Shown here: piece after piece, positions 1-13,225 of the stretch | Position numbering within the stretch: position 1 is the first letter of the stretch | Layout: each line of letters begins with the position of its first letter | Assembly: GCF_009914755.1 (NCBI RefSeq) | Contig: NC_060928.1 | DNA length: 64,000 nt | Reading direction: 5' to 3' (one strand) | DNA from: the human T2T-CHM13v2.0 reference genome, Homo sapiens | The notes under the pieces: model-generated | What the model saw: only the letters and a program-made list of their open reading frames with translations | Database searches by the model: none | Told to the model about the DNA's origin: nothing | Translations under genes and position numbers: made by a program

Positions 1-240
1 TTGAAGTCTTAAGTTTGAATGTCATAGGTTTACCTTGAAATTTTATTGTGCAAGATTAACTAAATGAACACAATTGCTTTAACAGAATCTGAAGTAAATC
101 AATATCTTCACCTCCCTCTGAAATAAATCAACAGCTGCTGAATATTTTAACATTGACCGCTCCTCTCCCAATTTACATAATTTTGTTATTTTTTATAAGT
201 AAATTTAATGAGGGTCTGTTGGTAGTAAACTTTCTTAGTA

Positions 241-248
241 TCTGTCTG

Positions 249-299
<51 letters not shown>

Positions 300-300
300 G
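241..300 (+). repeat. (TCTG)2(TCTA)~12 tetranucleotide microsatellite inside an old L1 fragment
   Basis: Direct reading; explains the LSIY repeats of ORF 153..350. Confidence 0.95.
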
Positions 301-669
301 GAAAATGTCTTTATTTAGGCAACAGACTAGGGACCAGGAAGGATGATTAAATATAGGCTCTGCCTCTCTGGTCTATAGCCTGCCTGGTGACATTACTTTC
401 CATTTAGTCTCTCAATACATCTGTATTCTCTTTCAGTGACCATTTATATGAGGCTCTTACAAGTGCTTTATATTCTCCCATGCCAAACCTGTTTTTGATA
501 TAACATTTAAGTTAGGAATCTTTTGGAAAATCCTCAAAGAACTGTCCCTTTACCTAAAGGATACATCCAAGAGGCAGGATTGTGGAAGCTGATTTACAAA
601 CGGTGAAGCCAATGGAAAAATTGGTTTCTACAAGCCATAATTTAGATTTTACTACTGGCCTATCATTTT

Positions 670-1160
670 TGAAAATAAACCTATAATTGTGGAATATTTT
701 TAGATTTACATTAAAGTTGCAAAAATACAAAGAGTTCACATGTGACTCTTACCAGATTCAGTTTCCCCTAATGCTTTCATTTTGTATTACTGACGTGCAC
801 TTATCAAAACTAAATATATACATTGATATGTTACTATTAACTAAACTGCAGACTTTATTTAGATTTCACCATTTTTTTCCCATGAATGCCCCTTTTCTGT
901 TATAGGATCCCACTAAGGATATTATAACATTGCATTTAGTCATCCTATCTCCTTAGTCTCCGCTGGTCTGTGACAGTTTCTCAAAGACTGATCTTGACAG
1001 TTTTGAATAGTGCTAGTCAGGTATTTTGTAGAATGTTCCCCAATTTGTCCATTAGACAAATTGTCCAACAAATGGTTAGAGTGGGGTTATAGGCTTATGG
1101 TGAAGACTACCACACAGATGAATTACTCTTCTTATCACATCATATCAGGGGATACATTGG
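670..1160 (-). mobile_element. L1MC4/5-like 3' end fragment
   Basis: ttactattaactaaactgcagactttatttagatttcacc...caggtattttgtagaatgttcc; a similar copy lies at 21515-22090. Confidence 0.7.
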
Positions 1161-1562
1161 TCCATCATTTTAAAGACTCGATTTCTTTGTTGTTGTTGTT
1201 TTTTCTCTCGAATCTCATGACAGATTAAGAATTGATTTCTTTTCTTAGAACCTTGAAAGGCCTTTAGGTTACTTCTTTCTTCATATGATATATCCTATGC
1301 AAATCTCTCCTGATTTGGCTCCTTACAATCTGCCGACAAACATTCTCTAACCTCTCCCACACTGCAGACACTTTGTCTTTTAATTCTGCCCTTCCCTCAA
1401 GCTGCTTATCTTCCTCTCCATCCTTCCCTTTCTACCTCTCTCTCTCTCACCACCACCTCTTTATCCCATTTCAGACCATCAGTTCACATCTGAACTTACT
1501 TGAGCTTTGGCTGGAGCCTCTTTCTAGCTTCTGATTTGTGTCCAAAGATCTGTGGCGATCAT

Positions 1563-2076
1563 TGTGATGGTTAATTTTATGTGTCAACTTGACTGGGCTA
1601 AGGGATGTCCAGATAGCTGGTAAACATCATTTCTAGGTGTGTGTATCAGGATGTTTCTGGAGGAGATTGTCATTTGAATCGGTGGACTGAATAAAGAAGG
1701 TTGCTGTAACTCACCTGTGTGGGCATCATCTAATCCTTTGAGGCCTGAATATAACAAAAAAGGTAGAGGCAGGGCAAAACCTCTCTATTCTTAAGTCTGG
1801 GTATCCATCTCCTCCTGTGCTCAGACATCAAAGTTCCTGGTTCTCAGGCCTTTGGACCCTTTGGGACCAATGGGACCTACACCATCAGCTCTACTGGTTC
1901 TCAAATCCTTGGACTTGGACTGATAAACACCACCAGCTTCCCTGGGTCTCTAGCATGCAAATGGTGTATTGTAAGACTTCTCATCCTCCTTAGAGCCAAT
2001 TCTCATTATAAATCTCCTCTTATAGATCTATATATATGCTATTGGCTCTGTTTCTCTGGAGTGCCCTGACAATCAT
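1563..2076 (+). mobile_element. MLT2-family (ERVL) solo LTR
   Basis: Begins TGTGATGGTTAATTTTATGTGTCAACTTGACTGGGCT and ends ctattggctctgtttctctggag, matching MLT2 termini. Confidence 0.9.
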
Positions 2077-2089
2077 CACACATTATGGT

Positions 2090-2520
2090 TGTTAAAGTGG
2101 ACTAAATATGGCCTGAGAAGGACTCCATACTTCTATATTTGAAATATTGTGGATGAACTGTAACCTAGCTTAATAGGTAGACAAGATTGAAAACCTAACT
2201 TAGGAGTATGTGCCTGTAACAATAGCTGAGTCTTGGCCAATCCCAGTGGCCATACTTCAACCACTCATACACTGCTGAGCGTTCAAACTGTGTTCAAATA
2301 AGGAAAACACCGAGCTGTAACCAATCCAGCCATTCTGTACCTCACTTCTGATTTCTTTAGTCATTTCCCTTATTTTGTCTATAAGTCTTCTTCCACCACG
2401 TGGCTGTGCTGGAGTCTCTATGAATATGCTATGATTCTGGGGGCTGCCTGGTTCACAAATCATTCATTGCTCAATTAAACTCCTTTAAATTTAATTTGGC
2501 TGAAGATTTTTCTTTTATCA
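2090..2520 (+). mobile_element. MER57-family (ERV1) solo LTR
   Basis: TG...CA termini, 4-bp TSD TGGT at 2086-2089 and 2521-2524, CCAAT boxes, ATTAAA signal. Confidence 0.85.
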
Positions 2521-3084
2521 TGGTGGAGGAAGAGAAATCAGGAAAGGAGGTTGAGAAAGAGTAGAAAAAATTCATTCTTCTAGAATCTCATTTGGGATAT
2601 TTTTTGTAACTCTTGGAAGAGTTCGTCATCCCCACCTTTGAGTTAGCACACACTTGTGCATACTTCTATTGTGCCATGTAATACACTGTACTGCAAGGCC
2701 TGTTTCTTGTTTATTTAATGTACCTATGCTCTATTATTTTGGGTTTCCTGAGGGCAGTTACTATGACTTACTTAGGTTTCCTTAGTATCCACCACAGGCA
2801 CATATTTGACACAAAATTTTCATTGAATGATTAGATCAATTAATATTTAATGTTGGGTAAGTAAAATAATACCATCCTTACACAAGTTGATTGTTAAGAT
2901 AAAATGAGACAATTGTGTCAGAAGCACTCAGTAAATTTTAAAGAGTTCTGTAAGTTTGAGTCATTATAATTCCTAGTCACCTATTTCTTAATCCTGTGAA
3001 TCTTCTCCATCCCAAATACTTTGTTTTTATTGCTCATATGCACTCTTTATATACCTTGTTTTGAAGGCAGATCATGCGTATTAT

Positions 3085-3620
3085 TATTTATGCACATGTT
3101 ATTTATTGCGCATAACAAATTATCCCAAACCTTAGTGGCTTAAAAAACCACAAACATGTAATCTGTCAGTTTTTGAGGGGTGAAGAATTCAGGCACAACT
3201 CAGCCAGGTCTTTGGCTCCCAGGGCTCCCAGAGGCTGCAATCCTCTCAAGACTTGGATCAGGGAAGATCTGCTTCCAAGCACTCACCTAGTTGTTGGCAG
3301 CCATGGGCCCTCAAAGGCACTCGGCCAGAGACATAAGTTCCTTGCCATGAGGACCTCTTCATAGGGCCACTCACAACATGCCAGAGCAAGAATTGGGTCG
3401 CGGGGAGTGGGGAGAGAGAGAGAGAGAGAGAGAGATTGAGATTACAGTCTTTTTGTAATCTAATCTTAGAAGTGGCATCTCATCACTTTTGCGATATTCT
3501 ATTTGTTAGAGAGGAGTCACTAGATTCAGCCCACAGTCAAAGAGAAAAACAGCTTGCATAAGGACATGAATAACAAGAAGCAGGGATCATAGGACCATCG
3601 TAAGAGGCTGCCTACCACCG
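3085..3620 (-). mobile_element. MLT1F-like MaLR LTR with internal (GA)n
   Basis: cataacaaattatcccaaaccttagtggcttaaa ... agaggctgcctaccac. Confidence 0.8.
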
Positions 3621-4199
3621 CATGTTGCTAACTTTGATGCCCTGTAGTACCTAGTCCTGGCTGACATAAAGCAGGTGCTCCAGAGGTGGTAGTAAATTGA
3701 TTTAAAAAGATCAGAACTCCTGTCACCCCTGAGGTGGATAGAATAGGTGCCACCAGGAAAAGTTTTCCCAAATGCTTTCCTGCAATTTGCAGTTCTACAC
3801 TGGGCATCCTGATCTATGGAACAGAGCAGGAAGGTGAGGTCAGCCAAGGAAGTCAACACAACCTATGTAGGGTATTGCTCCAGTGTCTTTCCTGCCATTG
3901 TCCATCTTGAATTGTGCTTTATTCATGTATAGCATACGATCACTTAGTCATTCAACAAAGACTAATTGGGGTCTTTCTATGTACCAGGCCCTAGGGACAC
4001 AGTGATGAAGAAGAGGAGCCCCTGCTTTTGTGGAGCCTGCATTGTAGTAATTATTTTCCCTATGAGCTTGAAACGGTTTCCCAATTAGTTTTTGGGACAA
4101 GAAGCCAAACTTTATTGCACCCTCATTGCTTTGTCATAGAGGTCCTAGGGGAAACATCTGAACTGATATTAGCCCTTAGCTGGAGGGCTACTACTTTCC

Positions 4200-4515
4200 T
4201 AACTCCCTCATCTTCTTCAAGTCTTTGCTTACCTATTCAATAGGGCCTATCTTAACGATTCTAGTTAACAATGCAGAGTTTTCATACACCCACTCTCAAT
4301 CCCCCTTAACCTCTCCTATTCTTTCTCCCTGCCCCATATCACTTTTTACCTTCCAACATTATTTTTACTACACAATCCTGTTCTCCCCTCTGCTTGGATC
4401 TAATCTCCAGAGTGAGGATCTTCATCTGTGTTTCTTCTGCTACTCTGTCCCCAAATCTAGAATAGTGCCTGGCACATAGGAGGCGTCCGACACGTATTTG
4501 TTGAATGAATGAATT
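4200..4515 (+). mobile_element. L2 3' end
   Basis: aatagtgcctggcacatagg...tatttgttgaatgaatgaat. Confidence 0.8.
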
Positions 4516-6222
4516 GAGTCCCTCCAGGTCAGGCTTCCTTTTTAGACCCTACTTTGTAGTTGGGAGAATTTTTTCTTGAAGGAATAGAGATGTAGTGAAA
4601 ACTGGCCATGCTTTTAGTTGTGGCTGTTGATTCCAAAAAAGGGAATTAGATTTAATTTCTTCATAGGGCTGAGAAATGAGATGTGATTAATAGATGCCAA
4701 ATTAGTCAATGATGAATGGATTTTCTTCCATGTAGTCAATCCTACAGCTGTCTGGTTTTCACTCGGTTTTAATGAGTCTTTGCACATGCAGGTTGAACAG
4801 GCATTGTAATGGAAGCTGAGGGTTGCCTGGTGATTTGGAGTGAATTGTGTCTAATTGGAGCAAAATCAGCAGCTCTTACCCTTTATCCCCCAAAGAATGA
4901 GGAGATGCTGGGAAGCAACAATTGCATTCCCGCAGCAGTTCAGAAAGTTTAATGCTGCAAGTTTTCCAGGCCTTGAAAATAATAGGAAGTGATTATGAGA
5001 AGTGAAGTTACTCTGGCTGACCTCACCTTTTTGGTTTGACTTTGTTCTGACTTGTGTCTTACTCTTAATGCTTGACGGTTTTGAATTAAACATAATCCTT
5101 TAGCTAAGCCCTTAACATTTTGGCGGATGGGGAGCCCATTACAAAAGTTCCACTTTTGTTACTGAACTAAGTTCAGACACATACCACCAGAGGATGATGA
5201 AAACCAGGCTTTTGCCTTTCTCCTCCGGCAGCTTTAGTGCACACAGAGTCCACTTCAGAAGGAAGGAAGGAGTTGTCCACGGCTGTTTCCCCGTATTTTC
5301 TCTCCTGTCTACCCTCAAGGTCTGACTTCTGCTTCTTCCTGGCTGACCCAGTTTGTCATTCATTTATTTCAGCTCATCTGGTATTCCCTTGAAAGTGGCT
5401 TCAATTCACATCTAGATAAAAAAGGAGTGAAGCAAAAAGGACCTTTGAGGTCCAGATCTGCTATTGGTACGATTAACCACACCTTAGCACAACTCTAGAT
5501 GTTTCTTCTTTTCTTTGCCTTATCAAGAATTCTTTTCATGTTTTCTTTTCTTTTTTTTTTTTTTTTTAAGAACAAGACAGAACCTGGAAATAAAGCAGGT
5601 GTGTCCTTTCACAAGAAGAAGGTGAAATGGGAGAAAAATCCCTCCTACCATATAAACCTGAATGGAAACAAAATCTCTAACTCTAGCAGTGGGAGCTCTC
5701 TTTAGGTAGCTGGAAGTGCTTGGTGAAGACACTGTATTATGACACAGAATCAAACACTCAATCCAACCGTGTGTGAAACCTGGGTGCACTGGAAGCTCAT
5801 TTAAAATTTTCTGTTTCAATTTTGAAAATTGATATTTATTTTTTACAGTTTAAAGTAAAATATGTTTGTTAATGTAAATTGAAGAAAAGCAGAAAAGTAG
5901 AAAGAAGACAAAATGAAAGTCACATGTATTCTTTATCACTGGAAGATAAAGGATGTCGACGTTTTGTTATACTTCCCTCCAGTCCCCTTTTAAATGTTTT
6001 TCTTCACAGAATTGCAACTATCTAGTCTCTACAATTCTCTTAGTTTCCTTTTTTTCCCAAATTCTCTCAGATCCTGAAATATTCTCTTATTTTCCCATAG
6101 CATGAAACATTTGTCCAATTTTTCAAACTCCCCAGAACTTTTTTCAATGGCAGCAAAGTAGTCTAGGGAGAACATGGGCCACAGCTTACTGTTATTATTA
6201 GAACAATAGCCATGTTCTAAAC

Positions 6223-6815
6223 TAGGAGTCAGGAAACAACTTCTGTAAAGGGCCAAATAGTAAACATTCTAGACTTTGTGGGCCATATATCTTTCACAAC
6301 TACCAATCCTCCTTGACTTACGATGGGGTTATGTCCCGATAAACCCATCGTAAGTTGAAAATATCATAAGTTGAAAATGCATTTAATATGTCTAACCTAC
6401 TAAAAATCGTGGCTTAGCGTACCCTACTTTAAACGCGCTCAGAACACTTACATTAGCTTACAGTTGGGCAAAATCATTCGGCAACACAGTGCACAGTAAA
6501 GTATGGGTTGTTTCCTCCTGATCGTGAGGCTTACTGGGAGCTGTGGCTCACTGTTGCCGACTAGGATCACAAGAATATCATACCACTTTCTACTGAATGT
6601 GTAGCACTTTTGATCCATCATAAAGTTAAAAAATTGTGAGACAAACCATCTTTAAGTGTTGGGGATTGTCTGTACTCGGCCCTGCCATAGTACCACAAAA
6701 GCAGCCATAGATAATATGTAAACAAATAAGCATGGCTGTCTTCCAGTAGAACTTTATTTACAAAAACAAGCAATGGGCCAGGTCTGACCCACTGGCTATA
6801 GTTTGCTGACTCCTA
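6223..6815 (+). mobile_element. MER58A hAT-Charlie MITE split by MER47
   Basis: TIRs TAGGAGTCAG/CTGACTCCTA; degenerate 8-bp TSD ttctaaac/ttctaagt; MER58A body on both sides of the insert. Confidence 0.88.
6303..6672 (+). mobile_element. MER47A-like Tigger MITE nested in MER58A
   Basis: cttgacttacgatggggttatgtcccgataaacccatcgtaagttgaaaat; TA duplication at 6301-6302 and 6673-6674. Confidence 0.88.
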
Positions 6816-7104
6816 TTCTAAGTTATTACATTGTGTTTAATTTTTTGTATTTTAGTTCTTTGATGAACATTGTGCTTCCTCATCTAGGATTACGACCTTA
6901 AAAAGCATTTGTAGACATAAAATTGAAGTGAATTTGCTGAAGGTCAAAGTCTTTGAAAGGCTTTTTACCCACATTGCCAAATTCTTCCTCAAAGGACACA
7001 GCCACTGTCATCTGCTAAACCAGCAATATAGGCTACTACTGACTTCACTAACCTGTCTTCAGTATTTATTTTATTCATTTCATTCAAAGTCATGTTTAGG
7101 AAGA

Positions 7105-7561
7105 TGTGAGAAACACACATTTGAGTGTCCAAAGTCAAAGAATGGGCGCAGAGACATGAAGAACAGTGGAAGCGAGACTTTTAATGGTGGTCTTGCAAGA
7201 TTGGGTGTCTGGTAGGCAGGCACACCCGGGGCAGTTACAGCAGATAATTTATCTCCCAGCACACAAGTCCCTCCCCAAGTTCCTCATTGGTGGAGTACTA
7301 TGGGGTTATAATCTTCCCAGATATCGCCTATATTTCATTATTCCCCTTATAAGGTTATAGTCCCCTTCCCCTCTTAAGTTTCGATTTCCCAATAACGAAA
7401 CTTTCTTCCCTTTTATGGGCTGACCCCCTCCTCTACATTCTGTTTGCTTATTGTGACCTTCTAGGTGCATGAGCCGTGCGGTATATCACAACCGCAGTCT
7501 GGCTGCCAGTACTTAGATTTATCATGCCTTGAAAATGGACCATTTAAAATATTTTCTCACA
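7105..7561 (-). mobile_element. ERVL solo LTR (LTR47-like)
   Basis: Inverted termini TGTGAGAAA...TTTCTCACA and perfect 5-bp TSD GAAGA at 7100-7104 and 7562-7566; family name from memory. Confidence 0.8.
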
Positions 7562-8067
7562 GAAGATAATTACCAGGTGGGGAAAAAACAAGCTGAAAAA
7601 TAGTATTAAAAATTTAAAAACTTAAAAAGAGTAAAAAAACTGTTATTTTGATTGGCAAAGAAATGAAATTTCATTATTGTTTTAAACAGTATTTCCTGGA
7701 GGCTGAATCTTTTCCCATGTTTGCTAATCTGTGGCACTTCCTCTTTTGGGACATGTCTGCTTATGTCTTTTCTCTAAGTGAGAATCTAGAAGGTATGTAG
7801 CTGTTCCAGTTAACTATGCTTAGTAAGTGTTAAAGGCAACATTTGAAATTACCCAAGTATGTCTTCAGAGGAATGTCTAAATAACTTTGGTATATAGTTG
7901 ACAATGGCATTTTATGTGGGTATTACAGATTTTTTGTTTGTTTTGTTGTTCTTTTAGGATTGTAGGTGGCAGAATTTAATGATGTTTATGTTTCAGCTCA
8001 TCGCCGTCTGTATTCATTGATTCGTCTAAGGCATCTTCTTTATCTTATTATTTTTTCCCTTTATCTC

Positions 8068-8389
8068 TATATGTTTCCTGTGGCTGCTGCAACAAATTAG
8101 CACACATGTAGTGGCTTATAACAATAGAAATGTATTCTCTCACAATTCTGGAGGCCAGAAGACCTATATCAGTATCACGAAGCTGAAATCAAGGAGTCCT
8201 CAGGGCCACAGTCCGTCTGGAGGCTCTAAGGGAGCCTCTTCCCACTTCCATTGGCTCCCAGCATTTCCTGCTGTGGCCATATCACTCGAATGGGCAAGGC
8301 CAGCATCTTCACATCTCTGCTCTGTCTTCACATGGCCCTCTCTGTGTTTAAAATCTCCCTCTGCCTCCTCTTATCAGGACACTTGTCAT
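8068..8389 (-). mobile_element. MLT1B/C-like MaLR LTR, partial
   Basis: gaaatgtattctctcacaattctggaggccagaag; tctccctctgcctcctcttat. Confidence 0.8.
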
Positions 8390-8619
8390 GCCCCCGATGG
8401 CAACTGACTTTCTAAGCCTATCTCCTACTCCCTCGTAGACATTCTGTCTGCTTGTTATTTTTCAATTACGTCCTATAATTGACTGACTCTAAGTGGCCTT
8501 TTCAACCATCACTATTTATTTAATTCCAATGAATCTTTCAAGTAAGATCTAAAATAATAGCACACTGATAATCATTTCCTTATTTTCCCCAACTAGTATT
8601 TCCTTCCTTTATGATTTTT

Positions 8620-8850
8620 AAAATTTAATGAATACTTTTTGAGGGTTTATTTTATGCAGGTACTATTCTAAGGCCACAAATACTTTCTTAGTTCTTTTTG
8701 TTCAACTCGATGAAGTAGATACTATTATTTTTCCCAATTTTAAGTTGCAGAAACAAAGGCACAGGGAGGCTAAGTAATTTGCCTGAGGTCACACAGCTGT
8801 ATGTCTCAGAGTTGGGATTTATTTTGGCAATCTGTAGAGACAAAGATTTT
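8620..8850 (-). mobile_element. MIR
   Basis: gaaacaaaggcacagggaggctaagtaatttgcctgaggtcacacagct core. Confidence 0.8.
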
Positions 8851-10803
8851 AACTTCTCTGTGTGCTGCCTTCTTTTCTGCTGTTCTCTTTATTTTATCCC
8901 TATTCCCTCCCTCTTTTCCTTCAATTAGTAAATGTGTGTGTCATGTATGTTAGTGAATAAAGCAGTTGTCTCATGAATGTGTGATGGGGAAGATGCACAT
9001 GTAAACAAATCAACAAGCAATAAACACATAAAATTCACAGAGATGAGTAATCAGGGAAGCAGTCGGGGTCCTGGGAGTTTGCTTTTCACATTTTAAAATT
9101 AACTTCATTATAGAGCTTACTACATTCTTTTTTGAACTGTTCTGGAAATATTTGCATACCAGTCTTATCAATTTTCATATGTTTCAGATTCCAGGAGATG
9201 TTGATTTTTTTTTCCCTGTATGCTCAGTAAGATGGGCACGGTGAACATCAACTAAATATGAGTTGGATCAATGAACTAATGGAATAGCTTCAGTCAATAC
9301 TGAACCTGTTAATGGTTTCTGGTCATCCTCTGACTTCTGCACGTCAGTCCTGGGGCCTGGCACAGGGATGCCTCAGCGTCTGGCTGGTTGAGCAGGAATC
9401 TAGAGCATTTTGATAAGTATCTGAGCAAGTCCCTAGTACTTAAAGTGAGGCCACCTTCAAATAAGTCATGACGGGATTTACATAAGGAAGAAAGGCCTGT
9501 CTGAGATGACGCTCTGGTAAGCCTCCATATCCAGGAATCTGCAACAAGCAGCACATTTTTCTGAACTCTGCAAGCTGGTTGGGGGTAAGAAATTATAGTA
9601 ATTAGCAACATGGCAACAATTTAGTATCTAGAAGAAAACAGGTCCTGCTGATGCCACAAAAACAAGGAGGCAAAACAAAGCTCTCTCTGTGTGTAGCACC
9701 ACCTTCTAAATTTGGGGGAAATTGCTGAAAAGGCATTACTGTGCCTTGAATGAGAGGTTGACCTAGAGAGGTCATCTGAATTTAAAAACCAGAGCTTATG
9801 CCTTTCAAAATCCTTAAGCCAGGCCTGCCTGAGCCATGGAGCAGCCCCTCCTCTCCCCAGCTGACTTTTCCCATGTCACCGTTCAGTGTGGCCAGCATTT
9901 CCTGATGCCTTGGGAGGATGGCCAATCTTGGTCTGGTTCCATCATAATAAAGATTCCCTGCTAGCAAGTTCTGGAAGACTTCAGTTTCCTTTTTAGAATA
10001 AGTCGTTTATGATTCTGTGCTTTGATGTGAAAATCCATGTGTCAGTTCATGGAGTTCATGGAAAGGAATGAAAAGCTTGTAAGACATGTTTGTACTCCCT
10101 GTGAGGTAGGCTTAACTGTGCCCAGAAAATAATAAATCTTCTAGGAAGAAGAGACTTCTTCCCACTCAATAAAAGCAATCACATATGCCTGTAAGCACCT
10201 CTACCTCAGCCTGGGAAACTGTTACAGCCTCTAAAAATGAACTTGTCTTGATCTAAGACCAGAAACTTGGGTGCTAGGCCCTTGGACAACAGAAAGGATA
10301 ATCTGAATCATTCTTTTCTCTTTGCTCCTCCCCTAATCCTTTATTTACCCAAGTCAATGCAAGGTTAGAAGATTATGTCCATAAAGACCTGAGCTGGTGA
10401 AGGGCCTCAGAAATCCATGGAGTTTTGATTACATTTTACGTTTCATTCACAAAGCATCATTTATTAGCATGTGTGCAAATTGAGCCAGGTTATTTAACAT
10501 TACAATTGTTTATTTTTTTCTGGATTCTGAGCACATATTCTTCTTGCCCTTCATTATCCAGGAAGGAGACTGACAGAAGGCATGGCGTCAATGACTACTT
10601 GTTTAATAAATAAATCAATAAGGAATGCTCTTTTTAAAATAAAATAAATGGAAGTATTTTTGATACATTTGCTGATTATAAAAATCTGTCCATTCATTGT
10701 AAAAAAATTAGCAACTCATAATGTATATAGAAATTTCTAACACACTATCTTCTCCTGGAGATAACCACATACACTTAGAGTTGAAAGAAAGAAAGAAAGA
10801 GCA

Positions 10804-10941
10804 GCTGGGTGTGATGGCCCATGCCTGTAATCCCAGCACTTTGGGAGGCCAAGGCAGGTGGATTGCTTGAGCTCAGGAGTTCAAGACCAGTCCGAGGCAA
10901 TATAGTGAGACCCCTGTCGCTTTAAAAAAAAAAAAAAAAAA
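10804..10941 (+). mobile_element. Alu left monomer (FLAM-like) with A tail
   Basis: gcctgtaatcccagcactttgggaggcc...gagaccc then poly(A). Confidence 0.92.
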
Positions 10942-11085
10942 GGGAAATACCTAAAGCGTGGGAGGCTTAAAACCTAGATGACAGGTTGATGGGTGCAGCA
11001 AACAACCATGGCACATGTATACCTACGTAACAAACCTGCATGTTCTGCACATGTATCCCAGAACTTAAAGTAAACAAACAAAAAA
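10942..11085 (+). mobile_element. L1PA extreme 3' end fragment
   Basis: gggtgcagcaaacaaccatggcacatgtatacctacgtaacaaacctgcatgttctgcacatgtatcccagaacttaaagta. Confidence 0.93.
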
Positions 11086-11227
11086 GAGCAGATGGAAGGT
11101 AGGAAAGATGAGAGGGGGGAAAAAAAAGCAAGAGAGGAAGAAAGCAAGCCAGCATGTGTAATAGTAACAAAGCTGCTATTGTTGGACTGTAGATTGTTTT
11201 TAGTTTTCACAATGATAAATAGTAACA

Positions 11228-11660
11228 CAATTGATTCTTCCAATCCATGAACATGGGATATCTTTCCATTTACTTATGTCTTCTTCAGTTTCATTCATCA
11301 ATGTTTTGTAGTTGTCTGTGTTCAGATCTTTCACCCCATTGGTTAAATCTATTCCTAAATATTTTATTCTCTTTGATGCCATTGTAAATGAGTTTGTTTT
11401 CTTCGTTTGTTTGTTTCTTTGCTTGTTTTTGAGACAAGGTCTTGCTCTGTCACCCAGGGTGGAGGGCAGTGGCACAATCACAGCTCACTACAGCCTGGAA
11501 CTCTGCTGTGTTGCCCAGGCTGGTCTTGAACTCCCGGGCTCAAACAATCCTTCCTCCTTGGCCTCCCAAGGAGGTCCATGCTGAGATTACAGGCGTGAGC
11601 CACCGCTCCTGCCTTGAGATTGTTTTCTTAATTTTTTTTTTCAGGTAGTTTGTTGTTTGT
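11228..11660 (-). mobile_element. L1M ORF2 fragment interrupted by an internally deleted AluJ (about 11395-11613)
   Basis: ORF track peptide KRIKYLGIDLT...KWKDIPCSWIGRIN is L1 ORF2; the Alu is flanked by tgagtttgtttt/tgagattgtttt. Confidence 0.88.
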
Positions 11661-11899
11661 ATACTCTCTACTTATATTCTGATATCTTGCTCTAGTTTAT
11701 TAATCTCTTCAAGTACTCTTAAATCCTTTCTGGAACAACACAGGCTACAGAAATAAATAAACAAACTAAACAATAAACATGCCTCCCTGACCTGCCTCAT
11801 AGGTTGTTATGGGGATTAAATGAAATAGAACAAAATATAAGTTTTATGTATGCTGTGAGACAAGGTACTCATGAGAGGTACTCTATTCTTGAACTGCTG

Positions 11900-12078
11900 G
11901 GGTTGTTGTTTTAGAGACAGGGTGATGTTAATTTTTAACTTTTTTTTTTTTGTAGAGATGGGGTCTCACTATGTTGCTCAGATGCTCAGGCTGGTCTAAA
12001 ACTCCTGACCCCAAGTAATTCTTCCTCATTGGCTTCTCAAAGTGCTGGTATTACAGGCATGTGCCGCTGCACCCAGCA
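11900..12078 (-). mobile_element. AluJ remnant (left arm; most of right arm lost)
   Basis: gtagagatggggtctcactatgttg...caaagtgctggtattacaggcatg. Confidence 0.85.
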
Positions 12079-12850
12079 GAAATACTCTAATATTTATTTG
12101 CTATAGTATTTGGTATGGTTGTATGTTTTTCTTTATAATTAAGTAAATATTGGTGGTTTTAATTTTATGTGAGCTTTTTGCTCCCATTCCAGCAACAAGT
12201 AAACATATAAGAATTTTGTTTTCTTGGCAATTCACTCTTTCAAATCCACTTACCTACACACTAAGGTAATGATTCTTTCTGATTGTGGTTGCCGAGGTTA
12301 CAACTGCATATAGCAGTTATATAGGCGGCTTATATATGTTTTTATATAAGTTATGCATAAGCTATATGTATTAATTATGTAACTTAATGCTTCTGCTCCA
12401 ATGCACTTCTTGTTTTTTCATATTCCATCCATCTCCTGCTGGGTGGCCTTGGCAAAAGTTATAAAGTGTGCTTCTCCCTCTTTCTATGCCCTGTCCCTGT
12501 CTGTCTCGTACTCGCCAGGCCCCTACCAGTACTCTATATGCCACCTGTACCTCCCATTCTATGAACTATTCCTACTGGGACTTGCTTTCAGATTGAAAGG
12601 GTTCTGATAATATCTGTCTTTTCCATTTGTTCACCCTGGGTGACCAAATGGATTTTAATAGGAAATTACTAGAAATCAAAGGGTTTAAGACTCAAATAAG
12701 TTATTCTCTAATAGAATAATTTCAGACAAAATTATTTTTAGCTTGGTCACTGAGAAAATGTGCTGAAATCTTCCACTATGTTAGTAGAGTTTCATTTTTT
12801 TTCTCTTTATTCTTTGTAATTTTTTCTTCATAGGCTATGTCATTAGAGGT

Positions 12851-13225
12851 TGTGGCATAAACATTTACAGCTAACCGAACATCCATGGAGCCATACTTTC
12901 CTGGCCCCCTGGCAATTAAGAAAGTTCATTTTACAAATTCTGGCCAATGGACTGAGTCAAGTGATGTGTGCCACTTTTGGGACAAAGTATTTTAGAATGT
13001 GATCCCTCCCTAACAACTTCTCTTGACTGAGGATGCCTCATGGCCCAGAAAGCAGAGCTGCAGGACCCTCCATCAGCAGGAGTCTCTGGGTGAATTTTGG
13101 AGTAGGGCTCCTCACAAACTCAAATTTGCACTTGTAATGTGAATGAAAAATAAACCTTTGTTATGTTGCACCACTGAAATTTTAGGATTTTTTGTCATTC
13201 AACATAGACTATCCTGATCAAAATG
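12851..13225 (+). mobile_element. MLT1I/J-like LTR inserted in old L1ME
   Basis: ttctggccaatggactgagtcaagtgatgtgtgccactt; aataaacctttgttatgtt...ccactgaaatttt. Confidence 0.7.
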
